DNA of 63,106 nucleotides, filler included, from Bipalium vagum (taxonomy: Eukaryota): assembly GCA_037834085.1 (NCBI GenBank). It is 3 parts of 3 records of this genome, joined end to end, with 100 filler letters (N's around TTAATTAATTAA, not from the genome) between each part and the next. Parts side by side here need not be neighbours in the genome. Positions count along the whole stretch, not along the records: positions 1 to 29,211 come from JBBMKC010037530.1; positions 29,312 to 47,261 come from JBBMKC010045590.1; 1 more part is not named here. The stretch is one strand, 5' to 3'. This document shows positions 24,585 through 36,500 of this stretch, piece by piece; positions within the stretch are counted from its first letter, which is position 1; each line of letters starts with the position of its first letter. The translations under genes were made by a program, and so were the position numbers. The notes under the pieces were generated by a model, which ran no database searches, was not told the origin of the DNA, and saw only the letters and a program-made list of their open reading frames with translations.

Positions 24585-26690
24585 TTAAATTTGAAGTAAG
24601 CTTGCTGAACTAATAATCAAATCTCTTAAAAGACCTAAATTCTTTTCCATGAGTGAGCTGCAATCATAATCCAACTCAAATGTGACATTATCATTGGCGT
24701 GTCTCAACCACAATTGCCATTCTGTAAATGACTCAATCAAATCATCAATGATAGCAATAGAATGACTAGCCCCACCGATACTAATTAGACATATCCCAAA
24801 GCACACATGAACCGCTCTTCGAACACAGACCATTTCATGTGTTCTGAGTGATTTTAGAAATAATAAATATTCTCCGATCATTGATTTGAATCCGACACAG
24901 TGAACAGAGCAATGAATCACAATTCCCAATGTGTACACAAAGCGACTGAGAAGATCATAATCAGAATTCAACAAATCAAAAGACTCAGTTCTATTTACAC
25001 CACTCAACAAAGGATAAAAGAAATAGGTACAACATTCATTGAAAAGATTCACACTTTCAATCACTGGCTCTGTGCGTCTCTTGAAAAAGTAACGAGTTTT
25101 CGGTCTATCGGATATTATTGGAGCGCATAGCTTTGCTTCGGATGTTATTTTAAGTGAAGAAGGCTGAAACAAATCACTGAATCCTGATAGCTTCTGTGCA
25201 GTTTTTGTGATCACATGCAAAATAGTATACCTCACAACAAGCCCGTTGTGCTCATTGAAAAATTCATCACTCAAATACTTGGACACTTTTACTGGAGCTA
25301 AACTGCAAAGTGCTATGAGACCATTCCTTTGTTTATCCGAAAAGTTTTCGATTTCATATTCACAATTTAAATGCAAAAGTTGTCTGGTGAATTCCACAGC
25401 TTCTTCTACGCTTGCTTCTGGACAGTTATAAATAAGGTTTACCATATCATACAGACATGCTGTAAAATATTCCGTGTCTTCTGGTTTCGTTTTGCTTAAT
25501 CCATCGAAGCAATCTCTAACATAATATGGTCGCTTTGTCAGCTTTTTTTCATTATCAAAAACTGTATTAATTGGCTCGAAATCACTGTCATCAGAAATAT
25601 CACCATCATCCACAGCATTTACACTGATAAATGTGGAAGTTTCTTTGGTTTCATCAATGACTGCAATAGATTCTTCGGTGTCTATCAATTTCTTCAGAAT
25701 TCTGGTTTCTTCTGTGTCAATATATTCAAAGTTAAGTGGATTTTCTGATTTATAATAACAATACTTTGATAAAATTTCAGCGACTACCATGCCAACTAAA
25801 GGATAATTCTTAACAGGTTGCAGTAAATGAAGGGATATTCCTCTTAATAATAATGATAAGTTATCATCAGCAAAAATACTTTGTTTAGTGTCATTGTCGA
25901 AATTTCTAAAAATTAGTAAGAGGATTTTGGATAAATAGAAATGTTGATTGAACGGTATTTTTATTATTGACTTCTCATCAGACCATAGTGCCAGGACATC
26001 TTTAAAAATCATTTTCCTGTCTTTAATTGATAATTGGTTTAACAATAAACTTAAATTGGTCACAATGAAATCAGATTCATAAAATTGAAAAAATATCATT
26101 TTCTGACAAATGAAAACAAATTTTGTTTGCAAAATTGAATTAGTAATGTTTTCGCACATAACCCGAACTGAATCCTTTGATTGGATTAAAATTATCAAAT
26201 TTTGCAGTACATTCTCGAAATGTTTTAAAGACACAGAGTCCAATAGTTTACTGAAAGTTCGAGCTAAATTATAATTTGCATTCAATTTAAAATTAAGGTA
26301 ATCACATATTGCATTTGAATGACCCTTTACGAAAAATGTACTTATTAAATTGGCAATGATTTTGATATATACATCGCATTCATATGATGATAATAAAATA
26401 AATATTTCATCAATGACATTTTTGAAAAACTGTTTTAAATCAAATTCTGGAGCTTTTTCTTGATATATAATAGTAACATAATCTGGTATGGAACAAAATT
26501 TGTTTATTAAATCAGTTAATTCTTCAAAATCAATTTCAGCTAGTTCTTTAATCAACTGTTTTATACCATTCTTAGATCCAATAGATTCTTCTATGATAAG
26601 TAATGATTGCTTCTGAACTAGAGGAAACTGAGAATAAGACAAATTTTTAATATGAGATATTAAAATTAATTTATTGTTTATAGTGTGCAT
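24585..26690 (-). CDS. TELO2: Telomere length regulation protein TEL2 homologue (TTT complex), single exon
   Basis: 701-aa helical-repeat ORF with GMVVAEILS, an acidic SDDSDFEP linker, RPYYVRDCFDGL, EFTRQLLHL and NLFNECCTYFFYPLL, in the order expected for Tel2. Confidence 0.93.
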   Translation of the reverse strand: MHTINNKLILISHIKNLSYSQFPLVQKQSLLIIEESIGSKNGIKQLIKELAEIDFEELTDLINKFCSIPDYVTIIYQEKAPEFDLKQFFKNVIDEIFILLSSYECDVYIKIIANLISTFFVKGHSNAICDYLNFKLNANYNLARTFSKLLDSVSLKHFENVLQNLIILIQSKDSVRVMCENITNSILQTKFVFICQKMIFFQFYESDFIVTNLSLLLNQLSIKDRKMIFKDVLALWSDEKSIIKIPFNQHFYLSKILLLIFRNFDNDTKQSIFADDNLSLLLRGISLHLLQPVKNYPLVGMVVAEILSKYCYYKSENPLNFEYIDTEETRILKKLIDTEESIAVIDETKETSTFISVNAVDDGDISDDSDFEPINTVFDNEKKLTKRPYYVRDCFDGLSKTKPEDTEYFTACLYDMVNLIYNCPEASVEEAVEFTRQLLHLNCEYEIENFSDKQRNGLIALCSLAPVKVSKYLSDEFFNEHNGLVVRYTILHVITKTAQKLSGFSDLFQPSSLKITSEAKLCAPIISDRPKTRYFFKRRTEPVIESVNLFNECCTYFFYPLLSGVNRTESFDLLNSDYDLLSRFVYTLGIVIHCSVHCVGFKSMIGEYLLFLKSLRTHEMVCVRRAVHVCFGICLISIGGASHSIAIIDDLIESFTEWQLWLRHANDNVTFELDYDCSSLMEKNLGLLRDLIISSASLLQI

Positions 26691-27419
26691 TTTTAAATTG
26701 CGAGATAAAAAGTATTATAACAAATCAAGTTTTTAAACAAAACTTAAATATACAATGAAATAGATATTTTAAAACTTCTATACTAATATTACAAAAAAAA
26801 CTTTAATATCATTTTAAATAAAAGAATAGTAACATAGTATAGTCTTAAATTAACTATAATTTAGAGTCTATAGTTTAAATTAACTGTCTAGCTTTTTTTA
26901 TTTTCAATTTTTTCTTACATAAAAGAATATGTTAGAAGATTCTTAAAATTCAAATAATATCAAAATGCTGTAAATTAACTTGAAAACCTTTTGAATTATT
27001 CTAAAGGTTCTTATTTACAAAACTATATTTTTCAAAAAATTCATGCTAAATATTTTACTAAAGAATAGAAAAAAGAAACAGAAATATTTAAAATGATTTA
27101 ATTAATAGTTATTTTTAGTCAATTGAAATATTATTAAATTTTTCATTATCATATAAATTCTATAAAACATATAAAGTCAATTGGCCATAAAATTCTAAGT
27201 TTATTTTACTGCAAAAATCAGATTTATCTTATTTATAAACATTTTTCTAATTCTTTTAATCCATATGAATAAAAAATTCTATAAAACTATTGTTGAGTTT
27301 TGGAATAATAATAATAAGTTTTCGATAATAATAATTTTTTTTAATTAATAATAATAATAAAAATTATTTTTTTAAAAAAAAGGGGAAACTTTTTTTATTA
27401 ATTTTGAATGGAAAAATCA

Positions 27420-27700
27420 CGAAATGGGGATTTTTCATGAGATCAGGCTATCTCGGCGTGGAGATAGTGAGTGGCTATTAGGGGGAAAAAGCCGTCTCTG
27501 AGCGTATGGATTGGTGATCGTAGACCAATCTCTACGCCTATAAAAAGAGACGGCTATACCCATTAATGGCCAGAAAAAGCAGAAGTCTAAAAGTCGAAGA
27601 CGAAACCCCGAAGTAATCATTGATGATGTACCCGGATTTTTACAAGGGGACCATACAATTGTAATACAAGACCATACAAGGGGATTATACAATAAATTTT
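27420..27700. other. GC-enriched island with hairpins, TATAAAA and short direct repeats (probable mobile-element or viral terminus)
   Basis: Stem AGCCGTCTCT/AGAGACGGCT (27490-27555) encloses GCGTA/TACGC and GATTGGT/ACCAATC. Separate hairpin CTATCTC/GAGATAG. Repeats TACAAGGGGA x2 and GACCATACAA x2. Confidence 0.6.
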
Positions 27701-29211
27701 CATGTTCCTTTATTATTATTCAATTAAAACAAATTTTTTTGTTAGACAAAAAAAGTTTGTTATTAGTGAATAAATAAATACTCAGAGTAGGATCTGAGGA
27801 ATAATTATTTTTTTATTTCTTTCCATAACTTTTTTCTGTTCTTATTTCACACTTTAAGTAGGGCGGTGAAATAATTTTTTTCTTTACTGAGGACCTCTGA
27901 GCCTAAGAGTGAGAGGATTTTTCATAAATAATAAAATCAATCAAGGACGATAATCACGCTTCGTTTAAAATCTTTTATTTTATAAAAAATATATTTTTAA
28001 AACCCAAATTGTTACCTCAATAATTTCAATTAAAAGCAACCTTCGCGGTTAGGACCTAAATAAACATCTCCATGTATTCACACCTTTTTAGGTTCTTAAT
28101 ATATAAACCAATTAGAAATAATTTGACATCAAACCATGTTTAACCTTTCACACTTTGAATATTGAATTTAAATATTTTAAAGTTTACTGACGTTAAGCGC
28201 AGATAGATCTTTCTTATACAAACAGTGTATGTTAAATTGTCCACATCTCTTACATCCATACCAATTTACAATACTTATTAATAGGTTTAATACCATGTTT
28301 CATCGCCGCTTTATCAATTCTATTTATTGAAATTAAATCTTCTTTAGGAATCAGATTATTATTCAATTCATTTGTTTCATCATAATTTCCTAATATGTTA
28401 TCAATATTTGTTTCACAGCCTCTACAATTGTACACAGAATTTGTTTTATTAAAAAGATTTAAAGATCTTAGTAGTTAATAATGTATTCTCGGTAATATTT
28501 TCCGGCTGTAAATTTATTATTGATTCTTGAAGATCACCCTAAATTTATTAAGGTTTTTAGACCAATCGTAACTAATTTTATTATTGTTAGTCTGGATAAT
28601 TTTCTCATTAACGTTTGTATTTTATAAATTTTTCCAGACACTTTATTCATTATACAAATTTTGATTTGTTTATATTATTTGTCAGTCTCGTGGATTGATT
28701 TTAAGTCAATGGAAAAAGCTTACATAACAAGATTTAAAAATTTAGAAAATCATTTTATAAACTAATTCTTGCTTTTTTTAATTGTTTTTAACTAGTTGTC
28801 AGATTTTTCGATTATTCTGGAGAATGCTCTGAAACTTTGTATTATATTTGAAGTAATTAAAAATATTATATCGCACATATAAATATTAATTTTATTGGAA
28901 ATACAATGGTCTATTCAATTTACATTAACAATCATTCTGATATGTTGTTTGATTTTATCTTGTGTAACATAATAATTTGATTTATTTATTAGAAAGATTC
29001 AGAAGAAAATACTTATCTAAGCGAGACCAAAATCATAAACATATATAGACAAAAATCCTTAAACCTTCATCCTGTATTTATATTAACCCTAAAGCACATA
29101 AAATTTTTATCAGCGTTAACGCACAAAAGTGCCCATGAGTCTCTATGATATAATACTATGAAAAACATACATTTTCATAAAAACTAAAATGAAACATAAT
29201 TAAAAATTTAA

Positions 29212-29311
29212 NNNNNNNNNNNNNNNNNNNNNNNNNNNNNNNNNNNNNNNNNNNNTTAATTAATTAANNNNNNNNNNNNNNNNNNNNNNNNNNNNNNNNN
29301 NNNNNNNNNNN
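29212..29311. other. Assembly gap with six-frame stop linker
   Basis: 44 N + TTAATTAATTAA + 44 N, exactly 100 nt. Confidence 0.99.
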
Positions 29312-29449
29312 ATCAATATTTTAATAAAGAATAAATGTTTACATATTCGTTATTTAATTTTGTAGTACTTTAAGTTGTTAAATTTAATCACCTTATTTTA
29401 TTTTTCAAAAACCTTGTAAAATTAAACAAAAGTGTAAACAGATGTGTAA

Positions 29450-29550
29450 TGTAACCTGTTAACCTTGAACACCTCGATTATCTGAACACCTCTCTAATTT
29501 GAACTTTTCTGCAAGGACACTATGGTGTTCGATTTAAGCAGGTTTCACTG
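29450..29550. mobile_element. Tigger/pogo-type terminal fragment
   Basis: Ends GTTCGATTTAAGCAGGTTTCACTG+TA (reverse complement CAGTGAAACC TIR) with internal TGAAC sub-repeats. Confidence 0.6.
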
Positions 29551-30127
29551 TAATTCCAAGTCTTAATAAAAATATGAGCTTCACAAAAGTAACATTCATT
29601 TAAAATTTAAATAATTTTAAAAATTATAATAAATAATTAAAAATTAAATAAAAATATTAAAATAATAAAATCAATAATTAAATAGTTCTATTTTATAATT
29701 TATTTAAATTAATAAAAGAAAAATACAATTAAACATCTCATGTTTTCATAAATAAATTTATTTGAAATTTAGATTTTTGATGTAAGAAACAAATTTATAA
29801 TAATAAATTAATTAATAAATAATATTTTTTCAACTAAGGACAATTATTTTATATTGTAAAGAAATGTTTTGCAAATTTTTACATTTCTGAGGTATTTTTG
29901 TATCGGGATATTGTATTCACAATAACAATAGTAATCATAATATAATAAAAAATTTAATAATAATAATAGGAGTATATTTAAGTTTCAATCACATATTTTT
30001 ATGACATATTAAATATTATTATACATATACGCTTTGTTTGGTAACATTTTTTTAAGTAAGTCATTATTGATAATATTGATGACTTCATAATTTATTTAAA
30101 TTAGCCGACTTTTTTCAGGCAATAATT

Positions 30128-30500
30128 ATGGAAATTGATAAAATACATATTTGACACTGCAATTTGAAAAAATTGCCAAAGCAGCTTGATTAATTTGTAA
30201 AACCATAGTGATGGAATAAACACCAAGAGCTGATTAGCGACTGATCGGTGATATCACTGAGCGGTGATATCACTTTAAAGGATTAAAAGCAAGTTTGGCG
30301 GCCACAAGAAATGAGTTCGGAAAAGTTGGAAGCGCTTTTGAAAGAAGATTTGACTCAAATGAGTGTAGAGCTGACGAGAAAGTTTAATGTTAATCAGAGC
30401 AACGTAATTCTGGAATGACATCAGATGGAAAAAATTCTGAAAAAGGGAAATTGAATTCCTTATGAATTATCGGAAAAAACGATGGAAACTTATACATATC
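30128..30500 (+). mobile_element. mariner 5'-half relic
   Basis: RPQEMSSEKLEALLKEDLTQMSVELTRKFNVNQS..*IPYELS (second HTH and WVPHEL motif). Confidence 0.8.
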
Positions 30501-30567
30501 CCTAATGATAACATTTCGAAAACAAATTTTTATACTTAAAAACATTGAAATTATAAGAGAAATTAAC

Positions 30568-33500
30568 TTTTCCAGGAACTGGAGCTGTTCCTTTCGGCTG
30601 ATCGGGATTTGGATTTTCATTTTCTTCTAATGTTTCATTGACGGCTCCTTCAATTTCGGCAAGCTCATCCAAGTTTTGACCCAATTCACTTTTTCCGTCC
30701 ACAGTCGTTTTGTCAATATCTCGATCTTCCTCTTATTAATTAAAACAATTTTCAATAAATTATTATTATTAAAAACAAAAATCAATATTATATTTTTTAT
30801 ATTCAACGAGCACAAATATCATTTTTTCATTACTGAAAAAAACCAAGCTATTTTTTTATTAAGTCTCAAAAAAATCATAAAAATAATAAAATAAATAAAT
30901 ATAATTTAATAAGATATTTTTAATTTCAAATTATTGAGAGAATTGTGATTAACAAATAGTAATAGGACATAAAAAATGTTTGCAAGACCAAAAAATGTAT
31001 AGAGTAATGAGGATTCTATCTGAAATTGGTAAATTGAGAAGGGATAATTCTAACATTAGTAAAATGAAGGTATTAATTATTTACCTATGTTGTCTCTCTG
31101 GTAAAATTCTGTGATGTTGGTGATGACATGGTTGCCCACAAGCTGCTGGATTCCGAAGATGGTATGGTTTGTACAGTTGATCGATATAGGAGGCCAGAAC
31201 TGAGTGGTGGTTGGTAGTCTCTGAACAGCCATAATTTTACTTTGAAAGGAAATCTGATGCTTACTAAATCGACATAAACCAAATTATCCTCGAAATTGGG
31301 TTGAATATTCCAGTCGCTGATTTTATCTGATTCGATTCTATATCCAGCAATGTCAATAATTATTCGGGGTTGATTAACGGGAAACATTCTCAGTTTCTTC
31401 GTTGGGGTAAAGGACCCCGTACTGATATTAACTATTTCTATTCGTTGCAGTTGACGAACTCCCCACATAAGAATTTCGAATCGAAAGGTTGACAAGTGAG
31501 GCCGAATTCCATAGGGAATTCTTAACTTTTCATCTTCTTTCTCTCCATAACGATTCAAGTCAATATCTAGCGTCATCTTCTCAATCTCTTTAATTGGTAG
31601 CACTCCTTTCACTGCAATTTTCTTGGTGCTCAGATTCAACTAAAATAAAACCACATTTATTAACGAATATTATAGGTACAATATAATGGAAATGTACAAT
31701 AGTTGGGTATTAACATGGTATACGTAGGCTAATGGAAGAGTGCACTTGTGCAGTCTAATACTTAATTTTTAAAAAATTAAATATATTTTTCAAAATAATC
31801 GTCTTTAAAATCAACACATTTCTGCATGCGATCGAATCAATTTTCGACAAAACAAATACCTCGAATTTTGCAATAGCTTCTTCAGTCAACGAAACGAGTT
31901 CAGTACGTACTTTTTATATTGTTGAGAACAAAAAAAGGTGACAAGGTGATAAAGTCAGTTGCATACAGACAATGTCATGAACTATACATTTTAGTGGTAA
32001 CAAAATCGATGGTTTGACGGACTGGTATTGTCATGATGAAGAATATTTTGTAAATGTCGATTATCTTATCTTGTTTATTTTTGGAAAAAAATTGTTATTA
32101 AAAAAACATTCAGAATTTAAAATTCATTGATTCTTTAAACTTATTGTTGCTACATGAACCTTTAAACTGAAGAAACAGGCAACCACCTCATTTACAGCAC
32201 TGCGCACTGCACAATTGTTGTTGGTTCAAATTCACTTTTAAATACCAATTTTCATCACCAGTAACAATGTTATAAATAAAATTTGATAAACCTCAATTAG
32301 ATTTCTGGAATCCTTTTCGGCATCACTTAATACATCCTCTCTCTGATGATGTCAATTTATATAGAATCGAACGACTGCAAAGCTTCCGTACCTTCAGATG
32401 GTTGTGTAAAATGTTTTCAATTGGCTTCATTCCAATATAACGAATGTCGCAATTTCACGGTATGTTATATATTAATATCTTTCAATAATTTCACGAACAT
32501 CGTCAATATTTGTGGCTGAAACAGCTGTTTGGGAACGACTTTCACAAATTTCGTTCTCTAGACTTGTACATTCACAATGGAATTCTGTGAATCTTTTTTA
32601 TTGTGATTCATTCTCAAAAGCTACATTTAGTCGATCTAGACATTGTTCCCTGTAAGGTCACATTTAAAATCGTAGTAAATCAACAAACAATAATTTTCCG
32701 TAAAAGTTTCATAACTTTATTATAACTCATATTTCAAATGTTTCCTTTTTTAAACAAATCATTAATATCAATTTATTCAATTGATTTTTAATCCGATTTT
32801 TAATGATTCAATATCGAATTTTTTTTATTGTCAGTTATAAAAACGTGGTCATCACTTAAAGCACGGAATTTCTCTCAAATATCAAATTAACATTTTTATT
32901 ATAATAAATAAGTTAATAAAATATTTTAATTACTTCTATAAGATCAAATGCAGCCAATACGTCACCGGCAGGGTTTGTTCCCCTAAAGATATTCCACCAT
33001 TGAAGCTTAGGACAAGAATAAGTATCACCCTTAATAAAAACATTCGGTTGACAAAATACACGACCCAGAAACTCTTCATCAGTCTAAAGGTAATAATTTA
33101 TTAATGTAAAAAGATAATTTTATTTACATCTGAGTCCCAATCAAACATTTCGACAACAACATTTGGCGGAGACGACTTTAGGACATCTGGAGTGTAATTA
33201 AACATAATATGATCAATAACTAGGGTTTCATCCCAAATTGGGCTTCGAGTTTGCTCAAAACGAGTAGATTGAACGACATGTTCTCCAATAATTATTCTAA
33301 CAAAGGGGTCAGAAAGACCCGAATCATCAGAACCGATAATATTTCTGGCCATAAACAAATAGACTCTTAACTGAAACATGCTTTCATCTATATAGTCAAT
33401 AAATTTTGGAGGCATCTTTCCAGAAAAGCACTCTCTGCTATAGCCTTCGGGGAGACCCATTTTATACGCTCTCATATCCTTTAAAAGACCTAACCAAAGA

Positions 33501-36500
33501 TAGACTTGCAGTTGAGTTTGAATGTTGTAAGTTGTTTTCTCTGGTAGAATGGAGTTGTCCATTTTCTTCAATTGAGTTTAATATAATTTATTGATGATAA
33601 TGAAAATGTAGCAGTATATAAACCTTCAAATATAATGTGCTCATCGTTCCGCTCATCAATCCTTTTTCCGCAGTCAAAGACGAATGGAGAATGTCTCGAG
33701 CCTTGATGCGTGCATAAGCAATTCTCAAACCATCTTGAACCATATATATAAAGACATCCGGAAGTCCGTACTGGGGCTATTCAGAATATCAAAAATAATT
33801 TTTTTTCATTTTAATGAAATTAGAACAAATAATGTCTTTGAACGATTTCAATTTGAAATATTTAAATATTTTAAAACCGAATAAAATATATTTCCAAATA
33901 AAACAATGGTGGAAAAGGTTAAAATCATTTAGGAAAAGGATTTTATAAAAAAATATTTATAAAAATTATTATTTATTTATATAAAAATATTGATTTTTTC
34001 TCACTTTATATGATTTGAATAAATAAAAGATACAATATAATTTTAAAAATTCCTGAGATCTCAACAATTCTGAAATAATTTAAATTAAAATATAAAATAA
34101 TAAATAAAATAAATAAAAAATAAAAAATAAAAATCCGAATATTGATTAAATATTTATATCAATAAAAAGGTTATTAAAAAACAATAATAAGTTGCATTAT
34201 TATTATTAAAAAATATTATTATTAAATAAAAAAATATTATTATTAAATAAAATATCATTATTAAATAAAATATCATTATTAAATAAAATATTATTATTAA
34301 ATATTATTATTAAATAAAATATTATTATTAAATAAAATATTATTATTAAATAAAATATTATTAATTAAAGTTATTAAATTAATAAATATAAACAAACTCA
34401 AATCCAAATACAATTTTATTTACGTTTTATTAATTTATGAAAACTTGTAATTGATTTAGATAAAAAGCTAAAGCTTCTTGTATATTGCTATAACTACGAC
34501 ATCTTGGAAAACGTGAAACAACTAACATCAGCTATTTTATCATCTAACAGCTTCACCAGAACATTACATTCTTTCAGTTTCTCATTAATATTCACTCTGG
34601 ACAAACCACCATTGATCATCGTCAATTTCACTTTCATCTTCTCCAAGTCCAAGCGAATCAATCTCTGATACTTCACATCTAGCATGGTCTTCTTAGCTGT
34701 TCCTCGGCAAGACTTTACGGCCGCCAGGACTTTGTCTGTACTTGCAATGAAATTGTTGATGCTCTGCTTCAAATAACGTCTTGCTTTGACCTTTTTTGAA
34801 CAGGACAGGATGTGATTAGTCTGCCTGATGTATTCACACTATTATACTATTATTATGTTACTAAATTTGTAAAGCTGTACCATTTCAAGTTTCAATTTCT
34901 CCAGAATATTTGGAATGAACATTCGTGGTCTGTGGTCCTCGCATTGCGTTATCATGAAAAGACATGGCTTTTTGTTTCTGTAAGGAATATGAAAGTATTT
35001 GTTGTCGAAAGTATAAGCAAATCTCGATTGTGTAAGACTGTGAACATATTGATTTTCTGTGGGATTGTCTTTAAAGATTTTAAAAATTGAAATTGAACTT
35101 CATTTCGACTCTTACCCTTTTCTGCTTGGGTTTTGTTATAATCGTCAAGTGTGTTTCCTGTCACCCCTGAAACGTTTATAATCTTTTTATTTCGTTACCA
35201 CTGACTGTCAAAATCAATTGTTGATTTTAACATGGAAGAAATAGGAAATAGAACATGGAAAAAATACAGTATTTTATTAATAATATTTAATTAAATTTAA
35301 ATTAAATAATTAAATTTGATTAATTAAAACATGTTAAAGTAATATCTTCGTTTAAATTTAATGAATAAACTGTATAGTAAGTTTTAAGATTTTATGATGT
35401 AACAGTAATTGATAAACATCCAGTTTAGGTCACCACATTATTTTTGTTTAAATATTATTTTTAAACTAAATACAATTGATTAGCAACTAAATAAGTAACT
35501 GCGCAAAATTTAACAAGATTTTATTTAAAATAAATATAAATATAAAGGATTTAAATAAAAATCTAAAAATCGATATACCATTTGATTCTGTAAAACAAAT
35601 CCTTTAATTTTATATACAACGCGTACTAATAATTTGCTAATGGAATAATAAAATTTAGCATAACAAAGTTACCAATAATGTCTACAGACTTACAGACCAC
35701 CCTAATGTAATTAATGAAAAACTAACTAATTTAGTATTGAGTACCATGTTTCTCCGATTATAAGACATTAATCATGGCGACTAAAAAGGTTACTAGTTCT
35801 TATACCGGTATCTTTTATAAAATGACGCAAAATAATAATTTTAATAGAAAAAATTTCAAAACTTTTTTATTAGTCAATGTAGATGTTATCCTCTTCTATT
35901 ACATTTTCATCATTTGCCCAATCTGGTGATTCTTCGCGACAGCTTTGTTGAATTCAGGTAAACACTATAAAGATTAAACCGTAAATACGTTTAAACTTCA
36001 AATGGTTTGCTAAAAATATTTAATTAAGCAAAACCAATTTGTTTTAGAAAGATTCTCGGTCTTATATTAGAAAAAATCCGAAAAATGGGCCTAAATCAGC
36101 AGTGGATTTTTTTATCGATGAATGTCTCACAATCTGAGAAACACGGAAAATAAAAAAATGTTAAATAGTTATGTTAAAATTAATACATTTAAACAAGAAA
36201 TAATTTAGTGACTTAAACTGCATATTTACCCAATAATTTTACACTTGAATTATATCCATAAGCTTAAAATTATTAATTTTTTAAAATATAATAATAATAT
36301 TTAATAATATTATGTTTATTAAAATAATATAATTATTTTTGAAACAATTTTTCTAACCAATGGACATTTCAAATAAAATCGGCTTTCTGTTTTGTCCCAC
36401 AACTTCATTTATTAAAGTGCTCTCATATATTGATCCAAATAGTAAAAACATTTCCCTCTTGCCAGCAACACTCTAAAATATATCCAAGTACACTTTTCTG

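Noticed and set aside
27586-27610. Hammerhead-like GTC-GAA-GAC-GAAAC
   Set aside because: The upstream core reads CTAAAA rather than CTGANGA, and no convincing stems I/III were found. Other CTGANGA hits I inspected lacked stem II plus GAAA.
29256-29267. TTAATTAATTAA palindrome repeated identically at 47306-47317
   Set aside because: Centred in identical 100-nt N gaps. It is an artificial six-frame stop linker, not biology.
30246-30273. Tandem palindrome CGGTGATATCACT x2
   Set aside because: Local duplication within a decayed mariner, with no evidence of function.
34195-34365. Regularly spaced repeats as CRISPR
   Set aside because: AT-only tandem units without unique spacers, no cas genes, eukaryotic intron.
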